Shown: positions 35,472 to 56,167 of the stretch, piece by piece
Numbering within the stretch: the first letter of the stretch is position 1
Layout: every line of letters begins with the position of its first letter
DNA from: the human T2T-CHM13v2.0 reference genome, Homo sapiens
Reading direction: 5' to 3' (one strand)
Assembly: GCF_009914755.1 (NCBI RefSeq)
Contig: NC_060930.1
DNA length: 64,000 bases
Notes under the pieces: model-generated
Databases searched by the model: none
Told to the model about the DNA's origin: nothing
The model's input: the letters and a program-made list of their open reading frames with translations, nothing else
Position numbers and translations under genes: made by a program

Positions 35472-35970
35472 TTGTAGGGGAGGCAAAATTTTACCTCTGT
35501 CCTCTTAAGAGTTTTTATGGCTGGCCTGATAATTAAACTGACATAAGATTAAGAGGAGAAAACCATATAAATTTAATATAAATTTTATGTGGCATGGGAC
35601 ATGGGAGCTCTAATAATAGACCCCAAAGAAGTAGCAAAACCTAAATGCTTTTATAGTAGGTTGAATGGAGTAAATTGTGGAAATGTAACTATGTAGGAAG
35701 GCTAAAGGAAAACAAGAATTATTTTAAGATCTGCTTGGACAGAATTCTCTTGGTTTCAACTTCCTGTCCTTGATGAAAATGTTCTTTTCCTTTTGGTACA
35801 GGGAGGACATCTTCCACATGGGAATTTTAATTCCTGCTTTTAAGGGGGTAAAAGGGAACGGTCAAAGTGCCTTTCTTGTACCTACTCTTTTTAAAATTGC
35901 CTGTATCTCAGAATAATTCTTATTCCAAAATGGCATATTTTGGGATGGCATGCTCTGCCACCTTTTACCA
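35472..35970 (-). mobile_element. ERV1 MER4-group solo LTR
   Basis: TGTAGGGG... terminus and AACTGACATAAGATTAAGAGGAGAAAA...AAATTTAAT block, similar to the LTR at 37.0 kb. Confidence 0.6.
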
Positions 35971-36081
35971 TTCATTGCTATCCTTGTCACTAATTGCTAT
36001 GCGAAAACTCATGAAATCAGATACAGAAAAAGGCTTCTGATTAGTGAGAAGCTCAAGTAGAGAAATATACTTGTTAACTAA

Positions 36082-36535
36082 TGTTGGGGAAATACAATTT
36101 TAAAATCTTCTCCCAAAGAAGACAAAGGAAATAATTTTATTATTGAATAAGCATTAAACCAGGGAGAGTTGCTTATCACAGGAAACCTTATGAAGAGGTT
36201 GCAAAAGCAGAAAGAAATCTTGCTTATTATGTATGGCTACATTGGATAGGTTTTGCAATTCGAAGTCAGGTGACAGCTAAAGTTCAGCCCATTTTCTCGC
36301 TGGAAACTGGGAGACAGACCACTATCTTTTTTAATGATTAACATTTCAAAGGGATGGCTCTCCAGGCATTGAGAAAATATTCTGAGTTATAAGGCCTATT
36401 TAGCCATTAAAAGGATTTACATACATTTTAAAAGGACAGAGAAAGACATTTTGAAAGTGATGGGAAAGGAAAGGGAAGTCTTTTGTTTTCAACAGATAAT
36501 TAAGCCTCTCATTTTTAATTTGTATTTACCCTTAG
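36082..36535 (-). mobile_element. ERV1 MER4-group solo LTR
   Basis: TGTTGGGG... to ...TTTGTATTTACCCTTA termini; minus-strand AATAAA near 36136. Confidence 0.55.
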
Positions 36536-37038
36536 ATTAACGTATTCAATTAACCTATGCTACCTTACCCTCTTTACAACATATACTGAATTCAGCTACA
36601 GCAAGTTACAGCCAGTCATATCAATTTTTTTTTGTTTTCCAAAGGTGTATGGCAAGTTTTCTTTTATTGCAACATAAATGCAAAAATTTCTAAAGTATTT
36701 TAATGAAAAGTTTATCTTCATTTACTTTATGACATTTAAGTGGAATACTTTGAAAATACTTCAAGCACTGCTGTAAGGTACTCATTAAAATAAAGAGTAG
36801 CAAGAAAATCACCAAATGGGCCGGGTGCGGTGGCTCATATATTCAGTATATGATAATAAGTTCCTCAAATCAGTGGGGGAAATAGTTAATGTATTGTGCT
36901 GACTAACCAACTGATTAACTTTTTGAAAAGTTATTTCTATATACAAGAAATCAAGTCCTTATTAGTAAAGTTAGATTACTTTAAATGGTTCTACCCAGCA
37001 TTAGTTAAGGTTGTAGGCATATCAGGAACTGCTACTGG

Positions 37039-37632
37039 TGCAGGGGCCAAGAGAAAACCTCCCTTTTGGCCTCTGAAAGTTCACTGAAAATCAACTGACA
37101 AGATTAATAAGAGAAAAGGCATACAAATTTATTAAGGTACAGGGCTGAGGACCACAGAATATTACCCCAACCCCCCAGTGGGGTACAGAAGCTTATATAC
37201 TCTTTCTCAGAGGCAAAAGAGGAGATGGGTAATGTAGACAATTCTTTGAGGAACAGTAAATGATTATTAGAGAGAAGGAATGGACCAAGGAGACAGAAAT
37301 TAACTTGTAAATGATTCTCTTTGGAATCTGAATGAGATCAAGAGGCCAGCTTTAGCTTGTGGAAAAGTCCATCTAGGTATGGTTGCATTCTCGTCTTCTT
37401 TTCTGCAGTAGATAATGAGGTAACCGAAGGCAATTGTGCTTCTTTTGATAAGAAGCTTTCTTGGTCATATCAGGAAATTCCAGAGAAAGTCCCTCCCTGT
37501 ATTTGGGGAAGAGAAACAGGACAAAGTTAGAGGGACCTTGATTCTTAGACTTGTTTCTGAGAACCCTCAATTTTCAAAAACACCCACCATTACCAAGCTC
37601 GATATTTGGGGGGATAATTCTCCACCCCAAAC
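37039..37632 (-). mobile_element. ERV1 MER4-group solo LTR containing a candidate terminal exon of H2BC12
   Basis: TG...CA termini; GAAAATCAACTGACAAGATTAATAAGAGAAAAGGCATACAAATTTATT block; minus-strand AATAAA 37128-37133. Confidence 0.7.
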
Positions 37633-38014
37633 ACTAGAAATGAAAATAAGTAGAAAAGAACTTAGCAATATACCTGAACGATCTTTAAATTCTATGAGTC
37701 TATCTTGTTCTATTGCTAGGAATTTAGCATATGGAGTATATTTCCATTGTATATTAAGGAGAAAAATGCCACAAAATAGCATAGTTCCATACAAATAATG
37801 TTAAAGGAAAACATGCATATATGCAGAGATAACATTCTTTTTGCTTTATGTATCTTCTATAATGTTAACATTTTTGTTATGAGGCAGGAATCATGTTAAA
37901 TGAAAAAAGGAAAAACAGCCTAGGTCTTGAGGATTAAAAAGGACTGAAGGAGAACAAGAGGGAGTAGAGCACAGCAGGCCTGTTTCCCTTTTAGGTCCCC
38001 TCCCCCAATGCAGA

Positions 38015-38435
<421 letters not shown>

Positions 38436-38468
38436 ATGGCATTTTGAAGCCCAGTCATTCTCTAAAAA

Positions 38469-38484
38469 GGCCCTTTTTAGGGCC
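38469..38484 (+). terminator. Histone 3' stem-loop of H4C9
   Basis: GGCCCTTTTTAGGGCC; HDE AAAAGAGTTG at about 38499. Confidence 0.93.
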
Positions 38485-40719
38485 CCTAAGCTTTCAACAA
38501 AAGAGTTGAAATGACTGCAAACTGAGTCTCTTAATAGGGCCATTGTCAGTGAGTTCTGTCATCCTATTTTACAAGATTAACTCGACGCCGAAAATGGGCT
38601 GATGACTACAGGTGACCTTGGGCCGAGATTTTTCCAAGGCCAGAAGAGCCTCTGCTGGCCAGTAACTTCTGGCGGCTGCCTGGAAATTGCCTGCAGCCGG
38701 TTTACCGCTCGGATTAGTTTAGAAAGCCAAGGGGTCTGCGGTCCAAATAGGGGCGGGCTAGATAATTAACTTCCCTCTGGACCTTCAAATACGTCTCAGG
38801 AGATAATGAGTTTGATGGGCTCCACTAAATGCTAGAACCTCCAGGAAAACTTCGTGGTGGCTGGTTTAAGAGGACTTGGCGGGCACAGAGCTCTGCATGG
38901 GGGGGAGGGGGACAGACCATGCTTTTACTACTGTAGAACAGTAGGGCAGTCTTAAGAGTCTTAGTAATAATATTCCTTTATATGTTTGCCTTTTAAATAC
39001 TGGAATATATCAAGTATACAAAATGCGCTGGTGACCACACCACTTATTCAAGTGCATCTAAAATCCTTATGTCCCTTTCTCAGTAGCACAGCCCTCCCTT
39101 TTTCCTATCTAGAATTAACTAATATTCTAGGATAAACTGATATTCTAAATTTGTTTACTGTTCCCACGCGTTTTAACTTTAGATGCACATACCCCTAATC
39201 TATTTTAATCGTCATGAATTTTTACATTTGCTCTTGAAATATATCCGTGTTGAAATGTGCAGTTCTAGGTTATTTTTACCATTAATCTAGTTTTCTAATG
39301 TGTCAGTAAATACTTTATTCATTTCTCTGTTGATTTTTTTTCCTCATTACAAAACAGCACTGTATACAGCTGTGCATTTTCTGGTTACATGGAAGTGGAA
39401 TTATTTGGTAAATGTGCATATTCAACATGAATAAAAATGAACAATTTGCTTTCCAGGGTAGTATTTTAAATTTATACTCCCATATTCCACCAGCAGTGCT
39501 TGAGAGTTATTGTTTATCAGCATTTCCTAATGTGAAATCGGAGTTTTTCTAAATGAGATTTTTGGCTATTTGGAGATTTTCCCGCTTTCCTCGGAATGGT
39601 CTATTCAGATTCTCTACAGTTTTTATTTTATGAGATTTGATTTGTAAATATTCTTTATATATTTGAGTTTTAACTTTTTGTCAGTATGTGACAAATATAT
39701 TCTGTCACCTTGTGGGTTTGTTTTTAACTGTTCGTGATATCTTTGGATGTGCAAAATTTTAATAATGTTGGATTTATATTTTTTATAGTTTTTGAATGCT
39801 GCCTTTTCATAAAGGAGTTATCTGACTTCCACTTTCCCCAGGAGCTACAGGCATCAATCTGGGGGAAAAAAAAAAAACAAAAAACATTTAGGCGGCTTAT
39901 GTCCTGATTTGGCTTGAATTGGATAGTAAGGCTTTTCTGAAATCGCTGTAAGAGTAGCATCAAGAGCGAGCTAAGGGAAGACCTGATAAAAGATTGATCT
40001 TACTTTCTAAATAAGCAATGATTAACAATACCTAAAATTTTCAAAGTATTACAAAAGGGACAAAAGAAAGGGTGAAAGAGGAAAGTAATGCCTAAGATAC
40101 ACTGAAAGTTTGTTGAAAATTGTTAAGTGCTTTACATGGATTATCTCGTATCTCATATTCTTGTGAGATAGATTTTATTACTCTTATTTTAAAATGGCAA
40201 AAGAGGCCAAATCAAATAACCAATTCACAAATGTTAGATTTTATGACCCAAACTTGTCTTTCTTTAATTTTTATTATTCCAGGAGCATAGATTCAAATTG
40301 CCCCGAACATACACTCACTCAAACCTGTAATATTCTTAATCACACTCTCTTAGTAGATAGATAAGCCATCACAGAGAGTAGTAGTGGTGCTAGTCCTATA
40401 ATGAAGAATTTGGGGAAATGTGTCAGGACAGATGCAAAACCTGCTTGTCACTTAATCCCAATTGGAATGAATTATTTTCATGTGTCAGTTTGTGGGCCTG
40501 AGAAAGTCGTTTTTATTTTGTGTCTATATAGTTATGTTATTGTTAAATCTGCAGCAATGTAACACGTCCTTCCCTGTCATTTTTCATGTTCCAAGCCCAA
40601 TGGATTAAACACTCCCTTAGGAAAAACCGTAGTAGGTGGTGATGCCAGAAGGAATTGTAATCCTTTGCATAGTGCCCTAGTGGGTTTTAGGTCAAGTTCT
40701 GCTCATTGAGTGTCTTATG

Positions 40720-42241
<1,522 letters not shown>

Positions 42242-42997
42242 TTATACCTCAGGTAATATCAAGAAAGTAGTGACATGATATATTACAATTCATAGGCATT
42301 GAGTTGTGAGATTTGCTCCTTTGTATTAAGCACTTGAAGAATTACTAAGTTTTTCCAGCTCATCTAGGGTAGAAAGCCATGCCATTTTCTTAGGTCCACT
42401 GACCTCTTTACTTCCAACTTCTAGACTTAAAGATACTAGATAACAGCAGAGACCAAACATATGATTGCCAAGTCCCTAACCACAGTTAAATAAACCTCCA
42501 CTTTTCAATCCCAGAGCTACTCTCAGTTTCCCAAAGGATGGGAGAATCTGAAGCAGGCAATTATTCTGTGCAAGCGTTCTTCAGCAGGCTGTAACAATTG
42601 CTAGATTGAATTGCTGTGGTCCAGAATCACACAGCAATTATTGCAAAGCACTGAACTACTCTTTAAAAAAAAAAAAAAAAAAAAAATTTATGAGACAGGA
42701 GACAATTTAGCACATTCAACTTTTTAACAATTTAAAAGAGATTATGAAATATACAAATAAATAAGTTAAAAGAGCCCTATTTTTGCTCCAAATTAAGTCA
42801 AATTAATACACGTGGCTAATGAGAAAATAGATGACAAAGAGATATATGGTATAATGGAAACAAACAAGAGCATAATGGAATCTTGTTCTGAGTCTAATGA
42901 TTTGAGCAAAGTAAGCTTTGCATCCATTTAGCTATTTGTAAAATAACAGTGATCTGAACTTTTTGATTCCTTCAAGCTGTTAAATTCTGTGCTATCA

Positions 42998-43298
42998 GCC
43001 GGGCGTGGTGGCTCACACCTGTAATCCTAGCACTTTAGGAGGCCGAGGCAGGTGGATCGCCCAAGGTCGGGAGTTCCAGACCAGCCTGGCCAACATGTTG
43101 AAACCCCATCTCTACTAAAAATACAAAAATTAGCTGGGCATGGTGGCAGGCACTTGTAATACCAGTCATTCGGGAAACTGAGGCAAGATAATCGCTTGAA
43201 CCTGGGAGGCGGAGGTTGCAGTGAGCCAAGATCTCGCCGTTGCACTCCAGCCTGGGCAACAGAGTGAGACTCTGTCTGGGGGGGGGGGGGGGGGGCGG
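42998..43298 (+). mobile_element. Alu with a poly(G) tail
   Basis: Full Alu body followed by G18; flanking duplication TCTGTGCTATCA. Confidence 0.92.
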
Positions 43299-43614
43299 AA
43301 TCTGTGCTATCAAGAGAAATAAAATGAGATCATTTTGAAGGGAGAAAAGGGGTGAGGGTGAAAGCAGGAGAAAGTTATGGCCACTTCCACCCAGTATTTC
43401 TATTAAAACACAAATGCACTTCCAGAATTTTGTAAAAAGAGCAAAAAGGACTGAAAGTAAATTGTATAAAATCAAGATGATATGTCCATTTGCAAAAATA
43501 GTTTGTAAGTCTAAAGGTAATAACAGCAGATAGCTCCAGAGTAAAAATTTTAGTCTATAAAAAGTAGTCAGGTATACCTGAAGGTAGAATTCATTGGCAT
43601 AGTGTATTTTAGTT

Positions 43615-43862
43615 TATTTTTTAATTTTATTTGCGACGGAGTTTTGCTCTGTTGCCCAGGCTGGAGTGCAGTGAGGTGATCTAGGCTCACTGCAACCTTT
43701 GCCTCCTGGCTTCCAGCAATTCTGCCTCAGCCTCCCGAGTAGCTGGGACTACGGGCACATGCTACCACGCCCCCCCTAATTTTTGTACTGTTAGTAGAGA
43801 CGGGGTTTCACACTATGTTAGCCATGCTGGTTTTGAATTCCTGACTTCAAGTGATCTGCCCT
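43615..43862 (-). mobile_element. Alu, 5'-truncated
   Basis: Antisense Alu ending at GTGATCTGCC. Confidence 0.9.
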
Positions 43863-44111
43863 CCTATATAGGTATAGATATAGATCAGTGCCTCCTATAT
43901 AGGTAAACAATAAATATAATTATTTGTTGATACATTTCTTAGAATATTAATGTAACCCCAAAATTACTGGTAGGATAAATAAGACTTGGATCAACAGTGA
44001 ACATATGCTTTGCATGTATGAAGTTTTTCAATATGACCCTGCTAATCTCCAAATGCCTAAGGGCGGGCAATATCCCCAAAGACTAGAACAATGCGTGGCC
44101 AAATATGTTAA

Positions 44112-44113
<2 letters not shown>

Positions 44114-44154
<41 letters not shown>
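44114..44154. repeat. (AC)n microsatellite
   Basis: About 20 perfect AC units. Confidence 0.97.
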
Positions 44155-44158
<4 letters not shown>

Positions 44159-45181
44159 TCCCCTGTGAAACTGGCCTACATTTCTAAATCACAAATTTAG
44201 CCAGGTAACAACCTAGCTTAAAATTCGTGGACTCTTTCTTTCACTTGGTTCTTCCAAAAAAGTTTCACACTGCTCATCACCGGCATAGTCATTCTAGCCT
44301 CTAATCACACAATAAAACCCACCACCTAATTCTAACCCACCACCTAACACTTAGCTCAAACCCTGTGCTGCTGGGGAAGTTCCCTTCTCCTCTACTCCAA
44401 CTTCTTGCTTCGGGGCGGACTGTCTCTAGTCTGTCTGTTGTCTCCCCTCTGAATCTACTTGCTTTTCATTTTCCTTTTCTATAAGCTTTCTTGTCAAAAG
44501 GAAAAATTACCGATTGGACCAATTGACGCTGAACATGCCTTAAAAACTAGTAAACTATTCCAAAAATCTCCGTGATGATTTCATGTTCCGTTTCTTCACT
44601 CCTGAGAAAAGCTGTGCTCCTCCCCTTACCCTTGCAGACTATCCTGCCTGGTGGTCTGGCATCTTCCCGATGTCCCGTGGGCTGCAGAGATGGAATCAGG
44701 GGGTGAGGGGGAAGCAAAGCAAGGCAGAGCTGGGTACAGCCTAGAAGAGGTTAAATAAGGTAACTGCTCGAGCGAAAGCCATACGTACTGGAACGCCATC
44801 GGGAACCAAATTTACTAATATATAAACTCACGTTAGAACGCCATTACATGGTGGAAAGTACACGTGACACAATAGGCTTTCAACAAGTTCTAACAGGAAG
44901 TCACAGCACTCGACACAACGGAAGTATCCATTTTCGCGCCAAGAGCCAGGAAGCACTTTCTGTTAACACAAGTTTCCTGCACATCCCTAATTTTTTAGGC
45001 GCCATATTCCTCACTCAGTACTAACAAAGTGTATGTGGCTTCTCCTTAGCCAGACTCGATTACAAGCACTGCATGCATTACTCAGTGTTATAAGATCATG
45101 ATAATCCCTTTAAAAAGATCGCCCGAATTTAAGCCTGGATTAGGAACACGTGTTTACAGCTCTAATATCGATAATTTAAGT

Positions 45182-45197
45182 GGCTCTTAAAAGAGCC
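45182..45197 (-). terminator. Histone 3' stem-loop of H2BC12
   Basis: Minus strand CCAAA-GGCTCTTTTAAGAGCC-AC; HDE TAGAGCTG at about 45157-45164. Confidence 0.95.
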
Positions 45198-45233
45198 TTT
45201 GGGGTTGGGCTTTAAGACGCTTACTTGGCAAGT

Positions 45234-46331
<1,098 letters not shown>

Positions 46332-46361
46332 GGAGCGAGGTTGTGAAAACTGGAAAACAAA

Positions 46362-46377
46362 GGCTCTTTTCAGAGCC
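46362..46377 (+). terminator. Histone 3' stem-loop of H2AC12
   Basis: CAAA-GGCTCTTTTCAGAGCC-A; HDE GAGAAAGCTG at about 46394. Confidence 0.95.
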
Positions 46378-46441
46378 ATTCTACACTGTCTTAGAGAAAG
46401 CTGGACACAGTCATGTTTGTTTCACTTCATGTTTGCTTCGC

Positions 46442-46504
46442 TAGATAACATTGTAAAGCGCTTCTTTCGCGGTTGGGCTGGAGCAACTCTTTACAATGTT
46501 TCTA
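46442..46504 (+). ncRNA. MIR3143: miRNA precursor hairpin miR-3143
   Basis: TAGATAACATTGTAAAG...CTTTACAATGTTTCTA forms a long stem; the 5' arm matches the recalled mature sequence ATAACATTGTAAAGCGCTTCTTTCG. Confidence 0.8.
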
Positions 46505-46624
46505 AATTAACCCACTGGAAAGCAATGAAGACCCAAAAGTTGTTGTAGGATACTCCGGAGAAGCTTATTCAGCAGGGGTAATAAGTGAAATCAAACGTAC
46601 AAATCCCTGAAATCTATTTACTAA

Positions 46625-46940
<316 letters not shown>

Positions 46941-47887
46941 TCCAGTGTAATAATTCTATTACATTAATAGTGTTGTCAAACAGCCATAAAAATGGGATAT
47001 ACTTGCCATTCTTTAAAGGCAAATTTTGCAATTCTAAGTATTCTTGAAAAGCAAGAAAGGGCAGCCTGATTCTTAAGTGGTCTAACTCTTAAGAGTAACT
47101 TTACCCAGGTGATGAAAGTCTAGTGACTCATTTGCATTAGAATTTGATTCCGATGGAAGGAGAATATGGGATGCAGAATTTCCTGAATCCCATATTTGTA
47201 AATCCTTAGTCCCATTTCTTTGGAGCAGGTGTATTAATGCACTCTTGTAGTAGCTTAGGATACAACATAGCTTTTTCTGTCTAGCTAATTTGTATTATCA
47301 AATTTATTAGATCGGGATTGCTATTGCTTTTGATTGCTTGTCCACATTAATTTACCTACCCTAGGAAGCCCTATGAGTTTCCTTCCTCCGCCCCACCCCC
47401 TCTTGATATTACTTGGCCTGCTTTTACTTCATAGCCTCAAGGCTTTCTGGCTATTCCCACAAAATGCCAAACACATTTTCTGTCTTAAGGCCTTTGCACT
47501 TTAAATTCCCTCTTCCCCTGATAACTACCTTTCTCACTTTTTTTCAATCTATGTAGGTCTCTGATCAAGTAACACCTATAAAGAGGTCATCTTTGTTTAT
47601 CTCCTCTCTAAAATGGAGGGCCCCATTACGCTCTCTATGCCTATGGGGATAGGATATATATTAATTGAAATATTACATGTATACATCTTTATTTTTTCTC
47701 TACGGAATTCAAGCCACTTAAAAAAGACACCAAAAAATAGTATTAACTTTATGTATTTCACAAAGATTTAAGAGGACATAGTTTGTAATTCAATACACAT
47801 AGATTTGTTTGCTACTCCCAGTCTTTGCATGCAGAAGCCCAATTGAAAAAGAAATGCAAGAGATGCAGAACGAGAAATTATAATGTA

Positions 47888-48314
47888 GTGACATATGAGT
47901 TCTCGATAAACAGATGCTGAGATGGAGTTTGGGATGCAAAATGTTTATTAGGGCTCAATATCTGTGAAGGGGTGAAGGAAATAGGATTGGGCAAAGGAAA
48001 ATGTCAAACTATGATACAGGCCAGACAAATGCTCAACCAACCCAGTGGAGAGCTCTGGAGCCAGTATGCCTGTCAAGTTGCCCCCACATTGGGCCAAAGG
48101 GGCTCTAGACCACCCTTTTTAACTCCTCTGTGGGTCACTGAATGAGGACTGCCCGGGGAAGGATGCAGCCTTGAGTGGGGAGGAGCTCTGCAGCTGAGGC
48201 AAACACTGAGGAAGCTAACAGCTGGTGTCTATCTGCTAACTGTGCTCTCTGCAGTTGGGCTGCAAGCCCTTCCTTGAAGGAGGATCTGGGCAGTGTATTT
48301 CCATGTCTATGACA
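47888..48314 (-). mobile_element. ERVL LTR (LTR16/LTR33-like)
   Basis: CAGATGCTGAGATGGAGTTTGGGATGCAAAATGTTTATTAGGG motif typical of these LTRs. Confidence 0.55.
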
Positions 48315-48418
48315 TATATTAACATGAATATAAATATCAATGTTAAGTAAGGTCTATGATAGTATCTGTGAGACTGACTTTAGCATGCATAAGTGCATAG
48401 CTGGTATTGCTCTTTGAC

Positions 48419-48716
<298 letters not shown>

Positions 48717-49042
48717 GTAATTACTTTCATCAGGGAATTTAAAGGCCGGGGAGGGGCGGGTCTTTTCTTTTTAGAGAAATAAGAAAATGTACAGACATTC
48801 TAAAAATCTTTATTAGTTTGATATACTCCTGTAAGAGCTTTAAATGCCTCAATCATTGCACATGGAAGGTGATAGAAAACAATTATAAAAGAAATGGGAG
48901 ATTCTTCCACTAACTTTTCCTACCCCAGATTCAGCAAATCTCTTTACTTTTCCTGTACTGAGAAATAATCCAGCTTTGCCCCATACTGAAGAAACTTCAG
49001 AATGAATATTTGAGGCTCAAAAGAGAGGAGAGGAAACCTTTA

Positions 49043-49427
<385 letters not shown>

Positions 49428-50709
49428 TCACAACCTTTTGAGGTGGGTATTGTTTGGACTCTAATTTGGAAAAGAAAGTGTGGTGTTACTTATCCAATCA
49501 GATTCTCAATTAGTAGGAGAAAAAGCTATCAGAATATTATCTACTCAACATGGAACACACACATAACTGCCTTCTCTTAACTATCTGGTCTCATGTGCTT
49601 TAGTCTAAGGTATATAGAAACTTGGGTAAGAATTGTTAAAGGGAGATGTTGAAAGGTTCTACCAGAAGAGTATCATGATCATATCTGAATTAATAGATAC
49701 CAAATGAGAAAGAATAAAACTAGACTTAATTATTCAAACAGTGTTTACAATAGTTTAAAGTGAATAGCTAAAGATTCCTGAAAATGGGAATCACACTTAA
49801 AATATATACTTTAAAAAAATATATTTTTAAAACACACACAATTTTTAAAATGCATACATACATGCTTTTCCTCAGTTCCGCCCTTCCCCCTCATCTTCAT
49901 ACCTATTACAGATGGAGTCGTTGTCATGCATTCCTTGTAAGGAATAATTCTGAGAAAATCAAAATAGTAAAGTCACATCTAAAAATATGTGAAGGTTTAT
50001 ACCCCAGAGGAGCTGCATGATTTAAATAATTAACAATGACAAAATATGGGAAATATATGTGATTATGGATAATGAAGGGTGCTTAACTAAAGACGGAATA
50101 ATATAATTTTATATCAGGCTAACTATTGACATGGCTTCACTTACCTGGGAAGCTAGATTCTATGTGTAATAGTAAACACCTGGGAGGAATAGTGATTGTT
50201 TACAAGGCTGACTGGTATCTGGACTCAGAACTGGCCATCAGTAAATCAACTTGAGATCCCAAATATGCCTTGGAATCACACAAAGGAAAACACCAAAAAA
50301 AAAAAAAAAAAAAAAAAAAGGAGGTAAAATTGCTGGTGTACGTTGATATTGCTTGACTTATTAAAAGCTAACTTTATTCACAGCAGAATTGCTAACTTTT
50401 TTCTATTCACAGCAAAATTGCCATTTTTGAAGAAACCAGTGCATTTTCTAATTTACTTGAAGCTGTAAGATTTAATAAAATTAACGGACTGGAATTAGAA
50501 AGTGTATTCAGGGATTGGTCTGTCTGATTCTATCTGGTACTCCTGTAGCTTTGCACTTGCGATTTCCCAAGCCCAGAGTGTTTGTCCTACCAGCCTCTCC
50601 TTGGGTAACTCCTATTCATTCTTCAATTTTCATAATATGGCACCTCCTCAATGAGGTATTCTCTTATTCTTAGTTCTCGTTATGCCTTCTGGGTTTACCA
50701 GATCAAGTT

Positions 50710-52822
<2,113 letters not shown>

Positions 52823-54379
52823 AATTCATTTCTTGTTATCCTGACTTCTGTCAGCATGTTGGCTGAATTCTTTACATGGTAGTATAAAATATGCCTTTAT
52901 TCCTGTGGGATCTGTGTCCTTGTGATCTTTTCTTTATCTCATTGTCACAATTTTTAATTGACCATGGCTTGTGGGCAAAAAACATTTAGAGACTTCTCTG
53001 GATTAGTAATGTTTGTTTGTTTGTTTGTTTTTTGTTTTCTTTAACCTCCACTGTACAGCAGACACCAAACTACCTCCTAGAAACTGGAAGCAATCACTCC
53101 AAGTAGAGGGACACTTTTCCCTGCATATTGGTTCAGTGGCATGAAAAGACTAAAATGGCCAGAAGCAGTTTTCAGGTTTCAATTGATTTGAAAGGTGACA
53201 ATGCTCTCTAGTGGAAATATTTATCCACTGGGCACAAAGACACCCATTCCCTCAGAGCTCGATCAAGGTCACAGGGATAGGATACAAAATTGTCTGAATG
53301 GATCACTGAGGAATAATGAGAAGTGCCACTCACACCTCTACTTCTTGAGTCCCAGACATGTGCATTCTAGATATGGAGAGATGGCTCTACATATTGGCCA
53401 CTGTTTTAATACTTATTAATACTATCACATTGGCAATTAACTATCAACATAAGAATTTTGGGGAACACATTCAGACCACAGCAGTTTCTAAGAGGAGGTA
53501 GAAATCCAATGTATCAAATAGTGTTGAGAAATCATATAAGTTGAGGACTAACATAGCCATTTCAACTAGTGAAATGTAAAAGATCAGTTTAAGTGGAGTG
53601 TTGAAGAAGAAAGCAAGATGAAGGAGTGTAATAAAGAAATGAGATGAAAGAAGATTTGGGTTTGATGACACTTCAAGGAAATATGGCTATAAACTGAAAG
53701 ACAGTACTATCAATAGCAGAAAGGAAAAGTGAAAGCAAGAGAACAATTCTTTCAGATGAAAGAAATAAAAGCAGCTTTGAATGCTGATGCGAAAGATCCT
53801 ATAGAGATCAAATAGAATTTTATTTAATAATACAGGAGAAAGAGGAAAATATTGCTGGAACTATGCCCTTGAAAGAAAGAGGGCTTTTAATTATTTCTTA
53901 CAGAAAATTTAGAAATTCAGAAGTAGAAGAGTGCATGGCATTGGTAAAGGTAGAACTGGTAGGTTCAACTGTGCCAGCCTGTCTCTTATTCTTCCCAGAA
54001 TCACTGTAGTGAATGTGTCAGATGAAATCTTCAAAATGGCCTTCCAAAATAAGCACAAGGAAAGAGGCCTTTTTCTAGGCCTATGACATCAAAGATACAG
54101 CTTTTCCCTCTTTTTATGGAGAAGCACATGCAGATCAACCCAATTTCCAAAAACATCCCAGCAGAAAATGCTGAAAAGCACTTTCATTCACAGCAGCTTT
54201 CTAAATGGGGTTGGGGAAGGCCCTAAGCAAAGGAAAAGGAAAGATCTAACTCAAAGAGACTTGAGACAGAGGCAGCTTGCATTTCCTTCTTACTGGCTGC
54301 ATTTTCTTTGATGGAGCTCATGTCTTTGAGACTGAGAAAGCCCTTAGGTCACTTCCCTGATCAAACAAATTAATGTTAG

Positions 54380-56167
<1,788 letters not shown>

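Noticed and set aside
36818-36838. 20-nt Alu 5' end GGGCCGGGTGCGGTGGCTCA
   Set aside because: Isolated stump left by a deletion; no evidence of function.
42765-42780. TAAAAGAGCC, resembling half of a histone stem-loop
   Set aside because: The other arm is missing, so no stem can form.
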